From NCBI GenBank assembly GCA_019425045.1, contig JAHYYI010000007.1:1490-65489 (forward strand): a stretch of DNA of 64,000 bases, written 5' to 3'. This DNA comes from Collinsella sp. GTDB taxonomy: Bacteria; Actinomycetota; Coriobacteriia; Coriobacteriales; Coriobacteriaceae. Below, one piece after another: positions 57,695-64,000 of this stretch (positions within the stretch are counted from its first letter, which is position 1; every line of letters starts with the position of its first letter). The notes beneath the pieces are model-generated. The model saw only the letters and a program-made list of their open reading frames with translations. It was not told the origin of the DNA and did not search any database. The position numbers and the translations under genes were made by a program.

Positions 57695-58660
57695 ATGTGT
57701 ACGAGCATTCGATTTACCGATAATTCTGGCCACATGTATCTGGGCCGCAACCTCGACTGGAGCTTTGACTACGGCCAACAGGTTCGCGTGATGCCGCGCG
57801 GGTTTCACATTCCGTATTCGTTTATCGACGATGCGTCGGCGGCACACGCGGTAATCGGCATGTGCATCGATTACAAGAACTATCCCATGTTTTTCGACTG
57901 TGGTAACGATGCGGGTCTGGCTGTGGCGGGGCTCAACTTTCCCGGCTATGCCGAGTATGCCGAGGGCCCTGTCGACGGCAAGAACAATATCGCGGCCTAT
58001 GAGTTTCCCCTGTGGGTGGCAGCGACGTTCTCGACGGTCGATGAGGTCGAGGCCGCGCTGCGCGACACGGTGATTGTCGCCAAATCTGCCGGAGAGGGGC
58101 TGGGCGTGTCGCTGCTCCATTGGATTATCGGCGACAGCCAGCGCAGCATCGTGGTCGAGATGATGGCTGACGGCCTGCATGTATACGACGATCCGGTCGA
58201 CACCCTTGCCAACCAGCCGACCTTCCCGTGGCACATGGAAAACCTGCGCACCTATATCACCGCCACAAGCGATTTTCCGCAGACGGCGACATGGCGTGGC
58301 GCCGAGCTTAAGCCCTATGGAGCCGGTGCCGGCATGCGCGGCATTCCGGGCGATTGCTATTCGCCGAGCCGTTTTGTAAAGGCGGCGTACCTCAATGCCA
58401 ATTACCCGCAAAAGGAGAGCGAGACCGAAAACGTCGTTCGCATGTTCCGCTCGCTCGAGGGCGTGGTGATGATTGAGGGGGCGTCCAGGATGGGCGATGG
58501 CAAGTTCGAGAAGACTATCTATACCGGATGCTTTAGCGCGCGCACGGGCAATTATTACTACGCGATGTATGGGGATCCGTCGATTCGTTACGTGAGCCTG
58601 ATGGATGCCGAGGGCGCGAGCCCCGATGGGCTCGTGGTTCCCGAGCCGCGTCGTTCGTAG
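57695..58660 (+). CDS. bsh: Choloylglycine hydrolase (bile salt hydrolase / penicillin V acylase family)
   Basis: N-terminal MCT nucleophile, GRNLDW, GLNFPGY, NQP, PGD..SPSRFV. Confidence 0.9.
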   Translation: MCTSIRFTDNSGHMYLGRNLDWSFDYGQQVRVMPRGFHIPYSFIDDASAAHAVIGMCIDYKNYPMFFDCGNDAGLAVAGLNFPGYAEYAEGPVDGKNNIAAYEFPLWVAATFSTVDEVEAALRDTVIVAKSAGEGLGVSLLHWIIGDSQRSIVVEMMADGLHVYDDPVDTLANQPTFPWHMENLRTYITATSDFPQTATWRGAELKPYGAGAGMRGIPGDCYSPSRFVKAAYLNANYPQKESETENVVRMFRSLEGVVMIEGASRMGDGKFEKTIYTGCFSARTGNYYYAMYGDPSIRYVSLMDAEGASPDGLVVPEPRRS

Positions 58661-58685
58661 CCCATAGCTTTACTGCAATGCAAAA

Positions 58686-58717
58686 TGGCCCTGCATCTCC
58701 CGTGAGGTGCAGGGCCA
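58686..58717. terminator. Hairpin terminator
   Basis: TGGCCCTGCA...TGCAGGGCCA. Confidence 0.65.
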
Positions 58718-58739
58718 CTGTCATCGATGTGTGACGTCG

Positions 58740-59222
58740 CTAGAAGTTGACGTCGTTGAGCTGGGCACTCTCGAGGCCGTCGAGCTGTTGCTGTTCGGGC
58801 GTATCGGCGACGCTTAGGTGTGATGCTGCGGCGGTAGCTCGCCCGACGCCATCAGGTCGCCAACAATCTGGCGCAGGTAGGCGTTGACGCGCTGGTTGAC
58901 CTTAAAGCCCAGGTCCAAGCGCACGCGGAACAAAAAGTCCGTGCCAAAGGTCTCGACGGAATACTCGTGCGTATAGGGCTCGTCGGTGACATGCACGTTG
59001 ATGAACCAGTATGCCTTGGCGCGCTTGGGGTGTTTGTCCAGGATGGAGTAGAGCACGTCGCGGTCGAGCGTGAGCGGGTCGGGGCTGTTGGTGAGAAACA
59101 CGAGGTTGTCGGCGGGCACGGGATAGGTCTCGTCGTTGCGCAGACGGTCGAGCTGATCAATGTACTTGGAGACGGGCAGCAGGATCGTTTGCGTGCGCTC
59201 GATGGCGAGGCCGTAGGCGTAC
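58740..59222 (-). pseudogene. kup: KUP/HAK/KT potassium transporter remnant (C-terminal cytoplasmic part only)
   Basis: NLVFLT..YSILDKHPKRAKAYWF..V.DEPYT..LGFKV; no start codon or TM region; early stop at 58814. Confidence 0.8.
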
Positions 59223-59406
59223 TTTTATGCCGTCTTCATACATATATGAGCAGTGTGGCTCATCGGATTATTTAAGACAATAATCCCCAGCTGGGGATTA
59301 TTCACGTACGCAGGTAGCATTTCAAAATAGGGGCGCATCCGCTGAATGGTTCTGCTGCAATGTGATAACCGCGGACAGACCCTGCTTTGAAACTGAAGAG
59401 GGGCTT

Positions 59407-60318
59407 TTAGGCGCGTGCTGCCTGGGCGATACCGGCCTTGGCGCTTGCGCGTTTGCCGGCGAGTTCGCAAAAGATCGCGCCGCCGATGATAAGCGCGGCG
59501 CCCATCAGGCGGACCGGTGTTATGGCTTCACCCAAAAGGGCGGCCGAGAACACGACCGCCGAAAGCGGCTCGAGGTAGCCGACGACGGCGACGGTCTGGA
59601 CGGGCAGCTTGGCGACGGCGCTAAAGTAGAGCAGGCAACCAATGCCGGTGTTGACGACGCCGAGCATAGCGACGGCGCGCCAATCAATGCTGGCGGCGAC
59701 GCCGGCGGACAGGAACGAGGGAGCGCCCTGCGTGATGAGCGTGAGGGCCAGTGCGGTCACAAAGGCGGCGCTCACTTGGAGTGCGGAGTTCTCGAGGCCC
59801 TCGATGTGCGGCGCACCCTTGCTGGCGATGACCATCAATGCATAGCAGAAGGCCGAGGCGATTCCACAGACGATGCCCGCAATGGGCATATTGCCGCCTA
59901 GACCTTGCGCTGCAATGAGAAAAGCACCGCAGGCGACGGCGACAAAGCCGGCGATTTTGCCGCCGGTCAGCTTTTCGCCAAAAATGAGCGGGGAGAGGGC
60001 CATAACGATGATGGGGCCACAGTAATACAACAGCGAGGAGATACCAACGCCGATCGTCTGATAGGCGCGGAACAGGAAAATCCAGCTGGCGCCCAGCGCG
60101 GCGCCCGAGACGATGAGCGCTGCGGCCTCGCGGGGGCGAGACGGAGCCTGCAGGTTATGGCGCTTGGTTATGAAGAGGATGGCGGCAAGGGTGAGAGCGC
60201 CCAAAAACGTGCGCAACAGTACGATATCGGAGCTCGGCAGCGCGATGGCAGCGGCGATGATGCCGTTGGAGCCAAACAATAGCAATGCTGCTAAGTACGT
60301 AAACAATCCGTTGTTCAT
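59407..60318 (-). CDS. EamA/DMT family transporter
   Basis: About 10 TM, YYCGP, GYLEPLSA; divergent from a LysR gene. Confidence 0.88.
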   Translation of the reverse strand: MNNGLFTYLAALLLFGSNGIIAAAIALPSSDIVLLRTFLGALTLAAILFITKRHNLQAPSRPREAAALIVSGAALGASWIFLFRAYQTIGVGISSLLYYCGPIIVMALSPLIFGEKLTGGKIAGFVAVACGAFLIAAQGLGGNMPIAGIVCGIASAFCYALMVIASKGAPHIEGLENSALQVSAAFVTALALTLITQGAPSFLSAGVAASIDWRAVAMLGVVNTGIGCLLYFSAVAKLPVQTVAVVGYLEPLSAVVFSAALLGEAITPVRLMGAALIIGGAIFCELAGKRASAKAGIAQAARA

Positions 60319-60436
60319 GTGCTGACATCCCCTCTATATCCGAGCATGTTCACTATGGGTGAACTGGCTTTAGAAGAAAAACGAATATAATGCATGGCTG
60401 ACATGACAAAAACTCATGTAAAGGTGGAGGGGTGCC

Positions 60437-61294
60437 GTGGAAACGAATATTCAAAAGATGCAGGTGCTGCTCGAGACCGTGCGGGCCGGCAGTTTTACGC
60501 GCGCCGCCGAGCGGCTGAGCTATTCGCAGTCGGGCGTGAGCCGTATGGTGGCCGATCTCGAGGCCGACTGGGGCTTTAAAGTGCTCGATAGAAGCCGCGA
60601 GGGCGTAGTGCTTTCTGCCGATGGGCGGCAGATCATGCCGGCGGTTGAGGCGCTCTGCGAGGAGTTTGGCCGCCTGCAGCGACACGTGGACGAGATGCGT
60701 GGGCTCATGCGCGGCAAGATCTGCATTGGTACGTTTTCGAGTGTGGCGACCCATGTACTGCCGCCGGTGATTGCGCGCTTTCGCGCCGATCATCCGGATG
60801 TCGATTACGAGCTGCTGATGGGTGATTACTCCGAGATTGAGCAATGGGTGGCGGAAGGCCGCTGCGACCTGGGCTTTATTCCGCGCGAGCCACGCGGCGC
60901 CGGCATGGCGTCGCGACCGTTGGTGCAAGACGAGTTGATGGCGGTAGTGCCGGCAGAGTCTTTGCTTGCCACCGAGGAGGTCGTCTCTCTTGCCGATTTA
61001 GCCAACGAGCAGTTTATTCTGCTAGAACGCGGCACTGATGACGAGATTACGCCGCTATTCCGTCGGGCGGGGCTGGCGGTGCGCTCAAAACTGTCGACTT
61101 GGGATGACTATGCGATTATGGCTATGGTCGAGGATGGCCTGGGCGTGAGCATTCTTCCCGCGCTCATCTTGCGTCGCTGCCAGTTCGATGTTGCCGTGCG
61201 TCCGCTCGAAGGGCATCCCCATCGGCAGATCAACGCCATATATCGAACGGCCGATGTTTCGCTTGCCGCCGCTCGTTTCCTCGAATACCTCTAA
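60437..61294 (+). CDS. LysR family regulator
   Basis: GSFTRAAERLSYSQSGVSR, DDYAIMAMVEDGLGVS. Confidence 0.93.
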   Translation: METNIQKMQVLLETVRAGSFTRAAERLSYSQSGVSRMVADLEADWGFKVLDRSREGVVLSADGRQIMPAVEALCEEFGRLQRHVDEMRGLMRGKICIGTFSSVATHVLPPVIARFRADHPDVDYELLMGDYSEIEQWVAEGRCDLGFIPREPRGAGMASRPLVQDELMAVVPAESLLATEEVVSLADLANEQFILLERGTDDEITPLFRRAGLAVRSKLSTWDDYAIMAMVEDGLGVSILPALILRRCQFDVAVRPLEGHPHRQINAIYRTADVSLAAARFLEYL

Positions 61295-61354
61295 ATGCGT
61301 GCACGTCGTTATCGCCTTGGGATAAATCTCGAGGTCTTGCTCATTTTATTTTTG

Positions 61355-61437
61355 AAATTGAACTTTTCGAAATAGCACGGCGTTATACTGCTGCCTAAAT
61401 TGAACTCAGGTTCAATTCGTGTTGTATAAATTGAACT
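61355..61437. promoter_or_regulatory. Repeated AAATTGAACT operator-like sites
   Basis: Copies at 61355, 61397 and 61428; the middle one forms AATTGAAC-TCAG-GTTCAATT. Confidence 0.75.
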
Positions 61438-61457
61438 TTGCCAGCAAGGAGGTTCTA

Positions 61458-62978
61458 GTGGCCCAAGAGACGTTTAGCGATCGTCTGCGACAGGCTATGT
61501 CCGATCGCGACGTTCGCCAGTCGGACGTGATCCGCGCATCGGAGATGCTCGGCAAAAAACTCGGCAAGAGCCAGATGAGCCAATATGTGAGCGGCAAGAC
61601 GATTCCGCGGCGCGATGTGGCAGAGCTGCTCGCCCGTATTTTGGAGGTCGATGTTACCTGGCTGCTCGCCGGTGACGCCGACCAAGGCGAGGAATCATCT
61701 CCCCGCAACGATTCCAGGCCCGAATCCCATCCCTCAGCTCAAATTGCAAGGAGCACCACCATGCGTACTTTTTCTAAATCCGCCAAGCTCGATAACGTCC
61801 TGTATGACGTGCGCGGTCCCGTCGTCGACGAGGCCGCCCGTATGGAGGACGAGGGCGAGCGCATCCTCAAGCTCAATATCGGCAACCCGGCGCCCTTCGG
61901 TTTCCGCACGCCCGATGAGGTCATCAAGGACATGCGCCAGCAGCTGCCCGACTGCGAAGGCTATTCCAACTCGCGTGGCCTGTTCTCCGCGCGCAAGGCG
62001 ATCATGCAGTATTCGCAGATCAAGGGCTTGCCCAACGTTCAGATGGAGCATATCTACACGGGCAACGGCGTGTCCGAGCTCATTCAGCTTTCGATGAACG
62101 CGCTGCTCGACAATGGCGACGAGATTCTGATCCCCAGCCCCGACTATCCGCTCTGGACGGCGTGCGCAACCCTTGCCGGCGGTCATCCCGTGCACTATCT
62201 GTGCGATGAGCAGGCGGATTGGTATCCCGACCTGGAGGATATGGAGTCCAAGATCACGAGCGCGACCAAAGCCCTCGTCATCATCAACCCCAACAACCCC
62301 ACGGGTTCCGTCTATCCACGCGAGGTGCTCGAGGGCATCGTCGAGGTTGCACGCAGGCATCAGCTGATGATCTTTGCTGATGAGATCTACGACCGCCTGT
62401 GCATGGACGGCTACGAGCACGTCTCGATTGCCTCGCTCGCTCCCGATCTGCCCTGCGTCACCTTTAGCGGTCTGTCCAAGTCGCACATGATCGCGGGCTA
62501 TCGTATTGGCTGGATGGTGCTTTCGGGCAACCAGCGCTGCATGAGCGACTTCATCATGGGCATCAACATGCTCTCCAACATGCGTCTGTGCTCCAACGTG
62601 CCGGCTCAGTCGATCGTCCAGACGGCGCTCGGTGGCCATCAGTCCGTCAACGACTACATCCGCCCCGGCGGCCGTGTCTACGAGCAGCGCAACTTTGTGT
62701 ATGAGGCGCTCAACAAGATTGACGGCATCTCGGTGGTTAAGCCGCGTGCGGCGTTCTACATCTTCCCCAAGATGGATGTGAAGAAGTTCAACATTACCGA
62801 TGACGAGCAGTTCGCCCTTGACCTGCTGCACGAGAAGAAGATTCTGATCACGCGCGGCGGCGGCTTCAACTGGGCTGAGCCCGACCACTTCCGTATCGTG
62901 TACCTGCCGCGCATGGAAGTGCTCAAAGAGTCCCTCGAAGATCTCGCCGACTTCTTCGATCATTACCGCCAGAGCTAG
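61458..62978 (+). CDS. XRE-HTH / AlaA(AlaT)-type aminotransferase fusion
   Basis: N-terminal SQYVSGKTIP HTH; YDVRGP, GNGVSELI, NPNNPTG, DEIYD, SKSH..GYR; GTG start after AAGGAGG. Confidence 0.9.
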   Translation: MAQETFSDRLRQAMSDRDVRQSDVIRASEMLGKKLGKSQMSQYVSGKTIPRRDVAELLARILEVDVTWLLAGDADQGEESSPRNDSRPESHPSAQIARSTTMRTFSKSAKLDNVLYDVRGPVVDEAARMEDEGERILKLNIGNPAPFGFRTPDEVIKDMRQQLPDCEGYSNSRGLFSARKAIMQYSQIKGLPNVQMEHIYTGNGVSELIQLSMNALLDNGDEILIPSPDYPLWTACATLAGGHPVHYLCDEQADWYPDLEDMESKITSATKALVIINPNNPTGSVYPREVLEGIVEVARRHQLMIFADEIYDRLCMDGYEHVSIASLAPDLPCVTFSGLSKSHMIAGYRIGWMVLSGNQRCMSDFIMGINMLSNMRLCSNVPAQSIVQTALGGHQSVNDYIRPGGRVYEQRNFVYEALNKIDGISVVKPRAAFYIFPKMDVKKFNITDDEQFALDLLHEKKILITRGGGFNWAEPDHFRIVYLPRMEVLKESLEDLADFFDHYRQS

Positions 62979-63002
62979 TGGGATAGAAGTTCCGCACTAT
63001 GA

Positions 63003-63038
63003 AAAGCTCCCTGCAGTTGTTTTGCTGCAGGGAGCTTT
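63003..63038. terminator. Bidirectional terminator
   Basis: AAAGCTCCCTGCAG...CTGCAGGGAGCTTT. Confidence 0.75.
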
Positions 63039-63053
63039 CTTGAATCGGCGGAA

Positions 63054-63464
63054 CTAAATAACGATTCCGCAACAGTGGTCGATTTCGTGTTGGATGATCT
63101 CGGCGGTGTAGCCCGAGAAGTTTTTGATGCGGTGGACGAAATTCTCGTCCAAATACTCAACCTTAATGCGGCGATAGCGAGTACAGGGGCGCTCGCCGGA
63201 AAGCGAGAGACATCCTTCGCTCGTCTGATAGGAATTGACCTGCTCAAGAATTTGAGGGTTGTACATCAGCAGCGCCCTGTTGCCGTCCTTTACGCAGATG
63301 ATGCGTTTGCGCACGCCAATCATGTTGGCGGCAAGGCCCACGCACTCGTGCTCATGCTCATGGAGCGTATCCAGGAGGTCCTGCCCGGTCGCGGCATCGT
63401 CGGGTCCCGCGTCTTCGGAAGGCAGGCGCAAAAAGAACTCGGATTTCATGATGGGCTTAATCAT
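63054..63464 (-). CDS. def: Peptide deformylase (short form)
   Basis: VGLAANMIG, EGCLS, QHEIDH. Confidence 0.9.
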   Translation of the reverse strand: MIKPIMKSEFFLRLPSEDAGPDDAATGQDLLDTLHEHEHECVGLAANMIGVRKRIICVKDGNRALLMYNPQILEQVNSYQTSEGCLSLSGERPCTRYRRIKVEYLDENFVHRIKNFSGYTAEIIQHEIDHCCGIVI

Positions 63465-63668
63465 GGCGGGCTCCTCATGTCTCGTGCTTTCGTGGACTTT
63501 TAATAATAGCGCGGAAGGAAAGCTGCGCGTCAGCGTTACAATCTTTCAACGTTGGACCATGTTGTCGGATCCGTCGCGTGCGGCGTCTGACGTAAGTCTA
63601 GGGCTCATGCTCGCCCTGGACTGTTCCTCTGGGGCGATGCGACTGTCGTTCCAAGAGGAAGGAAATGC

Positions 63669-64000
63669 ATGGGGAGCAAATCTCAGCAACAAGTTCAAGC
63701 AACGCCATCGGCCACTTCGGCGTTTCTCGTCGTAATGTATATTGCAGCCTTTGTCGCCGCGTTTAACGAGAACATCATTAACGTGGCACTGCACGATATC
63801 ATGGCGGCCTTTTCGGTGAGTGCCACCACGGCGCAGTGGCTAGTTTCGGGATACATGATCGTGACGTCGATCTTTACGGCCATCATGGCCTTTCTGTCCG
63901 GTCGTTTCTCGACGCGCAAGCTGCTGTTTTTCGCATGCGGATGCATGGTCGCCGGAGAAGTTCTGTGCCTGGTCGCCCCGTCGTTTACCGTTTTGCTGCC
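63669..64000 (+). CDS. DHA2-family MFS efflux transporter (LmrB-like), truncated by the window end
   Basis: MGSKSQ..AFNENIINVAL..AQWLVSGYM..RFSTRKL read directly from sequence. Confidence 0.8.
   Translation, partial: MGSKSQQQVQATPSATSAFLVVMYIAAFVAAFNENIINVALHDIMAAFSVSATTAQWLVSGYMIVTSIFTAIMAFLSGRFSTRKLLFFACGCMVAGEVLCLVAPSFTVLL

Overview
High-GC window, most likely from a Collinsella-like gut Coriobacteriia chromosome (inferred from composition and gene content, not verified). It is mostly housekeeping and accessory metabolism. Translation and RNA modification: dus, trmO, prfC, rlmA-like, rsmJ-like, trmL, a TetM/EF-G-like GTPase and two deformylase homologs. Transport and metabolism: many transporters, a TPP-riboswitch thiM-thiE operon, a LysR plus cobalamin-independent methionine synthase with a MET-box, a bile salt hydrolase and an HTH-aminotransferase fusion. 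Other: two GGDEF/EAL proteins, tandemly duplicated sortase-anchored beta-helix proteins and a kup remnant. No rRNA, tRNA, integrase, transposase or cas gene was seen. The most unusual signals are non-coding. (1) An array at 17835-18131 of eight 15-16 bp repeats in alternating orientation, with exact 40-bp periodicity, 25-bp variable spacers and compensatory base changes. (2) Several REP-like palindrome families sharing a GGG(A/G)C core, with pairs bracketing discrete gene modules. (3) A ~185-bp MITE-like inverted repeat. Functional calls come from motif recognition by eye; no searches were run.
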